A stretch of 64,000 nucleotides of DNA from Octopus sinensis (GCF_006345805.1 NC_043004.1:47182001-47246000); one strand, 5' to 3'; shown: positions 26,640 through 39,216, counted from the first letter of the stretch. Notes: generated by a model not told the origin, from the letters alone. Numbers and translations are program-made.

Positions 26640-27015
26640 TATTCCAAAGAAAAACGATTTTTATTCACACAAATATGCAAGCGAAGAGTTTAAAGCACTA
26701 GTAATGATAAGGCTGCTGACTGGGATAACACAAACATGGTTTAAGCAGTAAGCTTGGCAGGAAAAAAAACGTGCATTCAAGTAGTACAAAAACAACAAAA
26801 AATGGAAGGTGCAGTTATGTACAGGTTGACGGAAGAAATGCAGGACAAAAACGTCTTTATCGATCGCATTCTCGATTTTTGTAATTTTTTTTCAAGACGT
26901 ATACACGCCCTGATACCGTCGGTATCTACATATCAAATTTGATCGCAATCGGATGGAGGATGCCCGAGATCCGAGAAGACAAACACACACACACACAGAT
27001 AGACTACAGCAAATA
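26640..27015 (+). mobile_element. Helentron-associated (HINE/DINE-1-like) non-autonomous element
   Basis: ends CATATCAAATTTGATCGCAATCGGATGG...ACAAAC(AC)nAGATAGAC, the typical HINE 3' architecture; left boundary uncertain. Confidence 0.45.
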
Positions 27016-27029
27016 TTCTGCTCCGTAAA

Positions 27030-27455
27030 AGAAATGTGCTTGTCAGTTGCTTGATCTTAGCCAGTTGAGCATGTCCCTTAGCGGCTGACGATATGTGCTT
27101 GTTTGATCACGAGCAGAAGTAGTAGGGGAGCATCATAGCCATGTGTTGGGAGGGATTCTTTGGTGTTTGAATACTTCACCTCTGGAAACATGGGTGTTTC
27201 GTTCAACATCCTTAAACAACCCTTATTGAGGGACCTTCAGAGCGGGATGGATTACTCGACCAGAAGAAAATTCTAACTGGGCCCCAAGGTCATGGCTGTT
27301 TATCTTGATATGAAATCACCATATCGCGCACATATGGTTGTGATGCATGTGCCTGGTGTAGCCTCATCAGACGGGTAGTCATGATGGGTATACTGGGCTT
27401 AGTATATTATACCCCAGTGTCACTTTGATGGCATGCACTGTTCTTTCACTCAATA
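27030..27455 (+). mobile_element. GC-richer interspersed repeat with (AAT/AAC)n tail
   Basis: ends ...GATGGCATGCACTGTTCTTTCACTCAATAATAGCAAC; recalled as a common octopus retroposon 3' end, single copy in this window. Confidence 0.5.
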
Positions 27456-27479
27456 ATAGCAACAACAATAACAAGCGGA

Positions 27480-27810
27480 AAGTGAGGAGTTGATATGTAT
27501 CAGTAAGGGGCTGAAGAGAGTATTTAGGAAACTATGGAGAATAAAGCTCGTAGAAGTCGTACCTATTGTAGTTGGCGCAGTGAGAGCAGATACTAAAAAG
27601 TTGGATGCATGGTTTAGGAGGCTAAGAATTATCATCAGCACGGGACCGTTGCAGAAATCAGCCTTTTTGTGAACAGCAAAGGTTCTAAGGAAAGTGTTAG
27701 AAAACTGAAGGAAAAGGAAGAACCCAAAGGACGTCTGGCCATCGGGTATAGCTCTCTGCTTTGGTAAAGTGTCGGTGTATGATCTGCCAGAGAAAAAGCG
27801 TCACGGATAA
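27480..27810 (+). mobile_element. RLE LINE C-terminal end and 3'UTR
   Basis: LKRVFRKLWRIKLVEVVPIVVGAV...LQKSAFL*TAKVLRKVLE followed by a simple-repeat tail. Confidence 0.85.
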
Positions 27811-27844
27811 TAACAATAACAACAACGACAACGACGACGACGAC

Positions 27845-27877
<33 letters not shown>

Positions 27878-28329
27878 GATTACAACCAATAAATACAACC
27901 CAGAAATAGAGAAATAGGAAGAGAGGAACGAACACAGGATTTATAGTGGGGGGGGGGAAGAACGTGTGATAGATAGTAACGAAGTGAAGCAAGTGATGAG
28001 AAAAGGGGAAGTCAGTTAATTATTATGACTGACACCAAAGAAATAGGAATATGACTAAAATATACATAGCGAAGGTGTAATCTCCAACGCCTTACTTGAA
28101 GTTTCAAGGTACAAAATTATACGGTCTGTCATATCATAAAAAAATCACATGCAGGTGCACATGCGCACACCCAGACCCACACGTATGAGCACACATTATA
28201 TACACATATAAGCGTACACACACATATATGCACACGTGTTCATAAATATATATGCATATATACGCACAAACACATGGATATGATATTAACTTAAAAGTAT
28301 TTCTTTATAAATACCTACACACATAGGTA

Positions 28330-28386
28330 TATGTATATATACACATATGTATACATATATAAATATACATATATATACACATATAT

Positions 28387-28428
<42 letters not shown>

Positions 28429-28463
28429 CCTTATATATATATATATATATACATACATATCCT

Positions 28464-28494
<31 letters not shown>

Positions 28495-28620
28495 CCTTAT
28501 ATATATATATATATATACAATATACACACATATCCTTATATATATATACACACAATATACACACATATCCTTATATATATATATTATATATATACATATA
28601 TATATATATATACATATATA
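28330..28620. repeat. minisatellite built of CATATCCT(TA)n units
   Basis: about 6 units of variable (TA)n length. Confidence 0.85.
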
Positions 28621-29250
28621 TACTCACACACTCATACATAAACTCACACACACACTCACTTGTATATACACTCACACATACAAGTGTGCATACCTACATA
28701 TAGATGTGTATATTAGTGTATAGATAATATTGCATGTAAATTGATAGTTTCACTTAATGTTATTTAAGTTCACTTTAACAAAATGCTCTTAAGATATAAT
28801 CATTGTAGTCCGCATATTTAAAACTTTTACCTTCATTCTGCATCCCATTTTTACTCTATTCTGCTTGAGATATATTCTATTCTCTCTTCTTTCCTAGATT
28901 TTGCACATGGATATATTTGTATCTGTCACAGTGGGTGACATCATGCCATTAAGAGAGCATAAACGTAAATTACATTACATTTTTTCTTGCATGACACATA
29001 TGCACAAACGCACATATACACACTTTCACGCTGCCAAACAAACCCATTCCAATTGATACTACTTAACGTTATGATACCCTTAGCCCTAAAGATTTAAGAA
29101 ATAAAATAACATCAAATGCTGACAAAAATTATCATCCTCCAATCACCGACAGATGCCATTTGAGAGCCGTAAAATCAACCAACGTTATTTTGATGAAAGG
29201 TAAAGTCGACCTCGGCGAAATACGAATTCAAAACATTAAGAGAGACGAAA

Positions 29251-29482
29251 TACCTATTTGATTACAACCCACAAAGGGCTAAACACAGAGAGGACAAACA
29301 AGGACAGACACATGGATTAAGTCGATTATATCGACGACAGTGTGTAACTGGTACTTATTTCATCGACCCCGAAATGATGAAAGGCAAAGTGGACCTCGGC
29401 GGAATTTAAACTCAGAACGTAACGGCAGACAAAATACGGCTACGCATCTCGCCCGGCGTACTAACGGTTCTGCCAGCCTCGG
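29251..29482 (-). mobile_element. SINE family B, full length
   Basis: reverse complement of 5698-5928. Confidence 0.9.
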
Positions 29483-30608
29483 CAGAAGCATTATTGATAC
29501 CAAAATGCAATCTGTATATCCAACTTGGCGAGGTTAAATTGTTAGGGCTCTGAACACTGCGTTATTTAACACTCCCTTTTGTAATACGCTTGCTGGTTAT
29601 TTTTTGATTTCAGTGATTAAAAACTTAATTTTATTGTATATACATTTGCCAGCGAGGTTCGGCTCGTATGCGGCAACCAGACACCAGCCACCAACGAAAA
29701 TCAACACAGCTTCAGAATTATGCTTATTCATTTCTATTTATAAACTATTTATAATAGTGACGTATATTAACAACTTGTAAGGACACCGTATTTCGTTGTG
29801 CAACCATTATATATCCCACAGTATATTAAACGCTTTATAAGTCAATACTATGTTGTCCTGTGTGCTAGCATCGCTATTAACTCATTTTTTAAGGTTATCT
29901 TTACATATTTTCTATAGAAATTACAGCCAGCACTGGTTTGTAACGCGTTTTGTATCCGGGGACGCCTAATGTAAACAAAAATGAGTAAGATATGCTTTTA
30001 TGCGCCATTCATCAATAAGACAATGCTTCACAATATCAATACCGCACTATTCAGAGTTCTAGTAATACATCCAAGATAAGTTGAATATAAAGATTGTCTT
30101 TTATTTAATTCAATATACCAATTAAGGAGCATTTAGTCTGAAAAAAATTATGTAGCGTTCTTAATTGATGACATAATTATATTTCAACCATTTCTGTTAA
30201 CTTGGCTGACACAAAATAGTGATTATAAAACCAAGGAAGTATCGGCTTACTAGAATTACTACAAAGCTTGTTTGATTTTGATTATAGTGCTGCTGGCTTA
30301 ATGTGGTAAATAAACGGATATTTTCATCTCTCACTTCTTCATTTCGAAATGCATCTTTATTTTAAAGGCCTATCCATTGTAACATAACTCACACTGAACG
30401 AAGTTATTAATAGTATTCAAATCAAAGTCCCGTTTATATGTTCGGCTGCTTAGACATTAAGGTTTTAGATTTTGAACTTATAAAAAGAACTCATTCAATA
30501 GTGCGACTGAACAGTTTGCACCAAAATCGGCAGCAAATCCATCAGCTCACGTATTAACACACACACAAGTACATGGTGATATACCGTGTATGAATGTGCA
30601 TATATATG

Positions 30609-30707
<99 letters not shown>

Positions 30708-30991
30708 TGTTATATTTCGGAATGGTCATATTGCCAGTTTAGCCAATAAAAACACACGCACTATATATTTGGTGTTATTTTGCTTCAGTGATATTTATTT
30801 TTTACATTAATCTTAATCTTATTTCGGCCAAAGTTCTTTCGTCACACTCCTGTGACCGCATCAGTGGTCCTTTGTTTTCTTCTCACTTACTTGTGTCTCT
30901 CCTTACTAACCGTCAGCCATTTTGTATTTCTATTGTATGTCTTCATTTGCGCATGCTTATATCTCTATGTGCGTCTATGTTTATTTAGTGT

Positions 30992-31591
30992 GTGTGTGGG
31001 GGGATGCCTGTAATATTTCTATCTTGGTATGATAGCCATAAATACCAGAGTGTCATGTTCGTTGACACCACCCCTGGAGGTGAACTAGCGTACCGCTTTA
31101 GAAGGACCCTAGATAAACTTAAACTAAGAATTAAGGTTGTTGAAAAGCCAGGCAACCCTATCAGATCTATAATTGGTAGAACCTATCCTTTTAGTAGAAC
31201 TCTCTGTACGGATAACTATTGCACTGTATGTAGATTTAGCCCACAAACAAACTGTAAAGCCAGAAATGTGGTCTATAGTATAAGATGTATAGAGGGACGA
31301 TGCAGTAGTAACAAGACAGTAACATACGTAGGGGAAACAGCAAGAAGCATTGGAGAGCGGGTGAATGAACATTGGAGACAACTCAAGGAAGGTAAAAGCT
31401 CATCGATTCTGTACCAACACGCCGAACAAGAACACGGGGGATCAATCAATAACATAGAGATTAAGATATTGTCCACACATAGAACAGATACAACAATTAG
31501 ACAAATTACAGAAGCTACACATATAATAGAAAATAAACCTAGCCTGAATAGAAAACTAGAATGGAGCAATAGCACACACCACAACATATGA
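30992..31591 (+). mobile_element. Penelope-like element C-terminal ORF with GIY-YIG endonuclease (open, 199 codons)
   Basis: C..C..C...C motif, NVVYSIRCIEGRC...YVGETARSIGERVNEH...RQITEATHI...PSLN. Confidence 0.9.
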
Positions 31592-31715
31592 CGATAGTGG
31601 ATCCTGCAAACATAATAAATACACAGATAATTAAAGAAATAGAAATGAATAACTATATATATGTATGTGTGTATATATATATATATATATATGTATATGT
31701 GTATATATGTGTGTA

Positions 31716-31754
<39 letters not shown>

Positions 31755-32070
31755 TTTTCGATTAGATTTATTATTATTATTACTAATATTGTTGTTATAC
31801 ATACATACAAGCATATGTAATGATAATAATGGGTGGATGTAAACACATGAACAAAATTCGAACAAAAGCAACAACAACAAAAACAAAATACAAATTACAA
31901 GAATGTATATAAACAGAAGATAGAAATATTACAGGCATCCCCCCCACACACACTAAATAAACATAGACGCACATAGAGATATAAGCATGCGCAAATGAAG
32001 ACATACAATAGAAATACAAAATGGCTGACGGTTAGTAAGGAGAGACACAAGTAAGTGAGAAGAAAACAAA

Positions 32071-32115
32071 GGACCACTGATGCGGTCACAGGAGTGTGAC
32101 GAAAGAACTTTGGCC
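32071..32115 (+). ncRNA. variant type I hammerhead (A9C); mirror copy on - strand at 30826-30870
   Basis: GGACCA-CTGATGC-G-GTCAC AGGAGT GTGAC-GAAA-GAACTT-TGGCC. Confidence 0.55.
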
Positions 32116-32290
32116 GAAATAAGATTAAGATTAATGTAAAAAATAAATATCACTGAAGCAAAATAACACCAAATATATAGTGCGTGTGTTTTTATTGGCT
32201 AAACTGGCAATATGACCATTCCGAAATATAACAATATCTGTTTCAACACACGACTTCACATAAAAAATCTTGCACAACAAATATTTAAAC

Positions 32291-32332
<42 letters not shown>

Positions 32333-32534
32333 GTTTAAATATTTGTTGTGCAAGATTTTTTATGTGAAGTCGTGTGTTGAAACAGATATTGTTATATTTC
32401 GGAATGGTCATATTGCCAGTTTAGCCAATAAAAACACACGCACTATATATTTGGTGTTATTTTGCTTCAGTGATATTTATTTTTTACATTAATCTTAATC
32501 TTATTTCGGCCAAAGTTCTTTCGTCACACTCCTG
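32089..32534. repeat. ~203-bp-arm palindrome centred on (TA)n 32291-32330
   Basis: 32331-32534 is the reverse complement of 32089-32291. Confidence 0.92.
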
Positions 32535-33242
32535 CAGAGTGAGATTTCGTCGAGGAGGCGGAGGCCTACCACACGTTGACGATAGGCAATACACCTTGAA
32601 ACCATGGTCCGTGTGTGGTTTCCGCTTCATCGGGGAATTATCTCCCTTTGCAGGTTAAAGGACACCGTGATGGTGTCGGGCCTATCTGGCGACGTCGATG
32701 TTCGCCTGGGGCTAAATGCAACAGTAACACCCCTACCACCCTGCCCTGTCCCTAGCCATATTTAGATGGCTTTAGTCCCTTATGTTATCGAGCAGTTACT
32801 GTCTATATCTCTTTTAGAGAATTATTATTGCTATATATATATATGAATGTATATGTATGTATGTATGTTTGTATGTATGTATAGGTATATGTATCTATAT
32901 ACATATATACAGAGCAAATGAAAGATTGAATATGGAATATATGAGAATTTATTGTTAATCACGACAATTTTTTTTGACACATCTAGCATCGATTCCTCTT
33001 GGGCGAGACACTCAACAACTAGTTTACGAGCATCTGGTGGTGCAGATGTATCTCGTCGAGTAATAAATAAATACATCTCGTTAAAATGGATGTTCCTCGA
33101 TGTAACCTTTCCCTTTTGTAGAGAAAAAAAGCAGCCAGTCGGTGGAAATATCTTCATTTATATAGAAAATCAAAAATAAAACCACAGATGACAAAACAGG
33201 ACGGCCTCTAAACAGCATATTACATATAAATTTATATATGTA

Positions 33243-33366
33243 TCTGGGGAGAGTCATGCCTTATTATTTAACACACTCACCGGTAGAATTTCAAACTTTT
33301 CAATAGTTTTGACTAAGGTGAGTGTATTAAATAATACGGCACTAAAAGAGAATGACTCTCCCTAGA
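33243..33366. mobile_element. MITE-like hairpin element
   Basis: outer IR GGGAGAGTCAT/ATGACTCTCCC and inner IR TATTATTTAACACACTCACC/GGTGAGTGTATTAAATAATA. Confidence 0.6.
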
Positions 33367-33564
33367 CAAAACAGAATATGCTTCAACACACGAACTCATT
33401 TAAAGAATCTTGCAAACCAAATCCAAAAACGAAATTGATATATGCATTTTTGTACATATTTAATGCATGCAATGCAGTATACCCATTCCCTCCGGTCATT
33501 CAATATGTGACCGCGTGTGTATCGTTGACGATATTCTTTCTCCTTCCTTAGGCCTTTCCTTTTT

Positions 33565-33605
33565 ATATGTTTCTGACGAAGAGCTTCGCTCGAAACGTTG
33601 AATCC
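33565..33605 (+). ncRNA. minimal type I hammerhead ribozyme in a PLE terminal-repeat fragment
   Basis: TGTTT-CTGACGA-A-GAGC TTC GCTC-GAAA-C GTT-GAAT: intact core, extra A after A9, palindromic mini stem III. Confidence 0.7.
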
Positions 33606-33729
33606 TCCTTCTTTCTTTCCTTAATAATACGATACATGCCCCACATCCGTGCGTTGTTGTGTTTTACATATACATACATAGACACAAACACACACACACA
33701 CAGACACACACATACACATATATCACGTG

Positions 33730-34028
33730 ATCATGTGACTGACCAGAACATCAGATGTTGCTACACATCACAGGTAACAATGCGTTCGCATTGTTTTAGC
33801 CTTCGAATGACGCCACGCCGCTGGCTAAGCGAGCAGGCCAACAGAAGAAAGTGTGAGAGAAAGATTGGTGAAAGAGTACAGCAGGGATCACCCAACCCCC
33901 TGCCGGAGCCTTGTGGAGCTTTTAGGTGTTTTCACTCAATGAACACACACAACGCCCGGTCCGGAAATCGAAACCGCGTTCCTCCGACCGCGAGTCCGCT
34001 ACCCTAACCACTGGGCCTTTGCGCCTCA
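33730..34028 (-). mobile_element. tRNA(Arg-like)-derived SINE family D
   Basis: minus-strand head GAGGCGCAAAGGCCCAGTGGTTAGGGTAGCGGACTCGCGGTCGGAGGAACGCGGTTTCGATTTCC; second copy at 51680-51988. Confidence 0.9.
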
Positions 34029-34061
34029 TATATATATATATATATAATATATATATATAAT

Positions 34062-34106
<45 letters not shown>

Positions 34107-34370
34107 ATATATGTCATTGGGTATGAAAGAATATATATACCTGTCTTTAAGGGTTTATGTACGTCTGCTTGTTAGTGCATATGCGTGCAAATTAATTAAT
34201 ATTAAACTTCATATAAAGTCGTTTCCTTTGCTATATATTGCCTGACTGTTAACGATACTTCTACAGAATTTCTATAGAAAATCTCTAGAGATAAACTTAT
34301 CACGTGATATAATAACACTACTAAAAAATTAGATCACAGTATTGGCTCATAAAGTGTTTAAAATATTTTG

Positions 34371-34425
<55 letters not shown>

Positions 34426-34453
34426 TGCATAACGAAATTCTGTGTCCTTCCAG

Positions 34454-34480
34454 GACATTAACATGCCAGACTATTTAAAA
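34454..34480 (+). CDS. candidate 27-nt microexon, copy A (DINMPDYLK)
   Basis: TGTCCTTCCAG|...|GTAAGT; only the phase-0 frame is open. Confidence 0.4.
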
Positions 34481-34591
34481 GTAAGTTTAAGCTCAATGAA
34501 TTTAATTGTCCATTTTCGTTTTCACTTCTCGCAGTAAGTATACGCGCGCATACATACAGGTGAGAGAGCACCAATCTATGTGTGCATTCAG

Positions 34592-34626
<35 letters not shown>

Positions 34627-35090
34627 ACTTATATAAATGTTTCTATGCAACTATCCATATCGTTTAATTTTTATTTCTATTATTATATTTTACAGCCAGC
34701 AAGCCTTATCGCTTGACTTTCTATTCGAATTCATTTCGAAATTTAATATTCAGTTCTTGTATTTGTGAAGAAAGTTTCACTAAGCTATAGCAAATTAGCA
34801 ACACGCATTTCTAGGTTCCTCCAGTTTAATATATTTGCCAGCAGCCCGCTCGATATACCAGTAAGAAGAAAATATATTTATAAAGTAACAATGGTTTCAC
34901 ACTTTAAATAACTTCCATTCCCAGCACAGAATTTTCTCTGACAGCTTGAACATAACATTGAAGTATTAATGATTTTTCAGCCGAGGCAGACCACTGGCGC
35001 CCAACATTTATAAAGCTCGATTAAAGCATAACTGGGGATCTATGTTGGCATTTAGAATGTTAAACCATTTTTATACTCTTTGGATATTAG

Positions 35091-35165
<75 letters not shown>

Positions 35166-35809
35166 GTATGTGTGTGTTTGTGTGGGGATTGTTTCTATAC
35201 ATATATGTATGTGTAGTTATGTATGTATAAATTTTAAAAGGAGAAAACGAAAATGAAATTCGCGAGACTATTTATTTCACCCATTAAACACCGATTCACG
35301 ATGGGTCGTAATGATCATACTGAATAATAAATGGTCCCGTGAATTTCATTTTTTTTTTTCTTTCTCTCATATTCTATAAACCCTACGGACACGAAGGAAT
35401 TCCTGACGAAAATCCAGTGGCATTTAAATCTATCCTGCTGATGATACCAGTTAGTCATATGCAGTGAACGGGCTTTAAACAGCATATAACATATATCATT
35501 ATATATGTAATTTTGTAAATATATAATGCATGTATGCCTCTGTTTGAGGGTTTATCTGTGTCTGCATGTTAGTGCATATGAGTAAAAATTAATTAATTTT
35601 GTATTTCATATAAAGTCGTTTCCTTTGTTATATATTGCCTGAATGTTATGGATATTTCTACAGAATTTCGATAGAAAATCTGTAGAGATAAATTTAACAC
35701 GTGATTTATTAACACTGCTCACACAGTAGAGCACAGTATTGCGTTATAAAGAGTTGAAAGTACTTTGTAGCATATTATGTTTGCATAACGAAATACAGTG
35801 TCCTTCCAG

Positions 35810-35836
35810 GTCAATAATATGCCAGGGTATTTAGAA
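35810..35836 (+). CDS. candidate 27-nt microexon, copy B (VNNMPGYLE)
   Basis: TGTCCTTCCAG|...|GTGAGT; only the phase-0 frame is open. Confidence 0.4.
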
Positions 35837-36482
35837 GTGAGTTTAAGCTCAATGAACTTAATTCTGGAACTTTATTCATTTTAGTTTTCACTTCTCGCAG
35901 TATGTATATGCACACACACACGCACACACACACACGTACACACACTGAGTCGCGCGAGCATCCATCTATGTGTGCTTTCAGTGTTTGTGTGTGTATATGT
36001 TTCTGTGTGTGTATGTGTATGTGTGCACTTATATAAATGTTTCTCTGTAACCATCCATGACGTTTAATTTATATTTTATTATTATATTTTACAGCCACTA
36101 AGCCTTATCTTTTGAGTTTCTATTTGAATTAATTTCGAAATCGTATATTCTGCCCTTGTATTTGTGAAGAAAGTTTCACTACGTTATGGCAATCCTACAC
36201 TTGCTAAAGTAATATGAATTTAGCAACAAGCATTTCTAGGTTCCCCCATTTTATATATTTGCCAGCAGCCCACTCGGTATACCAGTAAGAAGAAAATATA
36301 TTTATAATGTAACAGTGGTTTTAACACTTTAAATTACTTCCATTCCCAGTACAGAATTTCCTATATTGAAAGCTTGAATATAATATTGAAGTATTAATTT
36401 ATAACATTTTATAAAGCTCGATTAAAAGTATAACTGGGAATTCAATTTAACATTTAGGCTTTTCAACTATTTTCATGCTCTT

Positions 36483-36519
<37 letters not shown>

Positions 36520-36631
36520 CAATAAAGATTCAAGTTAATTTAAATGAATTTACTTGAATATGGTACCTAACTTAGATGCACCAAAAAAAACTATACTGTT
36601 TTAACAATACAGTAATGTGGGGTGATTATAA

Positions 36632-37710
36632 GCGAGAAAGAAGCAACAAGAATGGATAGGTTTTTAGTACAATCGTTTCATACAAGGACAGGCTTTATTA
36701 AAAGTTGCAAAAATTACAGCATATAAACGTGTCCCGTACTCATCAGCTAAAATACATGTGCGTTCTCTAGACATCCTAGTTCCATTCTCCTCTAGTTCCT
36801 AGATGCCTGTAAATTAAAACCAGACTTGCCGTCTACTGATTCTTCTGTATAACTAGAACCCTCTTTTTTTCTTTTCCTTTTCCTTTCTTTTTTCTTTTTC
36901 CCTTCTTTCTCTATTTCTTTCTCTTTTCTCTTTTTTCTTTTTCTTCTTCTTATTCTCTTTTTCTTTTTCTCTTCTCTTTTAGTCCCCTTCCCCCCCTTTT
37001 TTTGCTCCCTCCTCCTTTATTTTCTCTCTTTTCTTCAATTCCCTTCCATTTTCTATTCTTTGCCTCTCTAGAAAGCCCTTCAGCCTTTAAAAGTTAAATA
37101 GCTACAGCCTCTCGTAAATAGCAGTAATATGATTAATGTGGCAAATACCTAATCATATAACAAGAATTGATACCTACCTCATTGTGTTCAACCATTGATA
37201 AATTTATCGCCTGTGAATATGAAATTCCTCTTCATTTCTCTGGAAATTTACATCTACACCATTGGAAATTGTGCATCTATACAAAGGATTAATTCACCCT
37301 CTCTGTAATGCTAATAAGCAGGAATTGAGACCCACCTCGTTGTGATTAACAATGGATAAATTTGTTTTCTGGGAGTATGTAATCCCTCATCATATCTCTG
37401 GAAATTCATATGTGCACTATGGATTAGGTCACCTTCTCTGGGTTGCTATTAAAACTTTTTTTAAATTCTGTGATAAGACTGTACATCATCTTTAAAGAAC
37501 TTTAATGAACTTTGGATATCTGTTTATGTTTATGTTACTTAATTATCTTCATTACTTCATGAGTATAGCCTCAACCACTAGGATGTCTAGAGAACGCACA
37601 TGTATTTTAGCTGATGAGTATGCTGTAATTTTTGCAACTTTTAATAAAGCCTGTCCTTGTATGAAACGATTGTACTAAAAACCTATCCATTCTTGTTGCT
37701 TCTTTCTCGC
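36632..37710. mobile_element. PLE-derived element with inverted terminal arms (36632-36780 / 37577-37710)
   Basis: arms are reverse complements and carry a CTGATGAG half-HHR; interior has a diverged ~150-bp tandem and a purine-rich PLE-like segment on the - strand. Confidence 0.65.
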
Positions 37711-37749
37711 GTATATATATATATATATTATATATATATATATATTATA

Positions 37750-37801
<52 letters not shown>

Positions 37802-38063
37802 GAATTCACGAGGCTATTTATTTCACACGTTAACATCGATTGACCACGGATCGTAATGATCATACTGAATAATAAATCGTTTTGTGAATTCCATTTTTTT
37901 CTTTCTCTCGTATTCAGTAAACACTACAGACACTAAGAAATTGGTGAAGTAAATCCAGTGGTGCTTAAATCTATCCTGTTGATGATATCAGTTAGCCACA
38001 TGCAATGAACGGGCTTTAAACTGTATGTTACTTTTATATAGGTATTTTGTATGTATATACTGC

Positions 38064-38099
<36 letters not shown>

Positions 38100-38104
<5 letters not shown>

Positions 38105-38790
38105 AAGGTGCATCCCAGAAATGTTGAAAATTCTTCGGGAGCGATATTCCCTGATTTAAATGAAACACAAAACTCTGACCTCCTTTTAAGTGAGACCTTC
38201 TGACTTAATGCACTTATAGAAGCGCAGCAGCAACCTGGAACTGAAAATGGACAGAAAACTTGTCACAACATCCATCACCTTCTCAATGTCTCTGAAACGG
38301 CTTCCTCTGAGTTTTCTCCTTCAGTTCCAAGAATAAACCTGTCCCAATGTGCATAGTTTGAAGTTGTGAGAAGGCGAGTGACAGTGTTCTTGCCCATTTC
38401 CGTCAAGTAGGTGGTTACCAGAATGGAAGAGAATTGCATGGCCATGAGGCAGGTGCCACCCATTCGGGTGGAAGAACTGTGGTTCTGGCAGCGAAATATG
38501 TTAAACATTACACTCAAAACATGCAAAAATTTCTCGTTGTTGAGTGTCTTGCCAGAGGAAGCCGAGTGTTTGTATATGATGTCCCTGCTCTCGGAATAGA
38601 AGATCAGCATAATCTTTGTGGTGGTCATGCATTGTTTAACCTTCTTGGTTCTAGTTGATCTGAGATACTCTTTTTCTTTGTCTCTGGATCATAACAGTAA
38701 GTCCAGCTTTCCTCACCAGTCACCGAAGATTCAAGTTCTCTTGGATTGAAGATAATGTATAAAAAAGTTCAAAACATCCTGGAATTTCCC
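38100..38790 (-). mobile_element. degenerate mariner transposase (catalytic region)
   Basis: VTGEESW.. / TKIMLIFY...IIYKH...GKTLN / RKLRGSRFRDIEKV. Confidence 0.7.
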
Positions 38791-39181
38791 ATATATATAT
38801 ATATTTAAAATTTAATTTCCTTTATATTTAACATTCACATCCATCATTTTTTGCTAAAATGTCTTATTGACGAGTTTCGTTTTTTCCACTTTCCTGAGGA
38901 GAAGATTGCATTGTTTATACCATTAATTCTTTTGAATAGTATCAGTGGAATTTTCAAAACATGTGTCGAAAGTAAAAATATTTGATTACACCTGCGTTAA
39001 ACTCCATTTATTTATTCATATATTATTCAAAATATTCAACGTAAACACCAAGTTTCTACCTTTATAAACAAGGAGTTACAACAACTTTACTTGTGAGATT
39101 TTTGCTGCCCCGTAACTATTTATTTTTTTTTTCCGTGTTAATTGTTAACAAGGTAAAAATACACTCATCCATTTATATATA

Positions 39182-39215
<34 letters not shown>

Positions 39216-39216
39216 C

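Larger units (their letters stand above)
30704..32237. repeat. ~321-bp near-perfect inverted repeat (30704-31025 / 31917-32237) enclosing the GIY-YIG ORF
   Basis: the only difference I found between the arms is one GT unit. Confidence 0.92.
34130..38050 (+). repeat. diverged tandem segmental duplication (A 34130-35500; B 35530-36490 plus 37790-38050)
   Basis: collinear similarity throughout; copy B is split by the insertion at about 36520-37710. Confidence 0.9.

Noticed and set aside
32831-33157. ORF ...RRDTSAPPDARKLVVECLAQEESMLDVSKK as a host exon or Tc1 HTH
   Set aside because: Only vague similarity and no convincing splice sites; left unassigned
33960-34028. tRNA gene (also 51920-51988 and the SINE A/B heads)
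   Set aside because: A/B boxes are present but run straight into SINE bodies, and I see no complete cloverleaf
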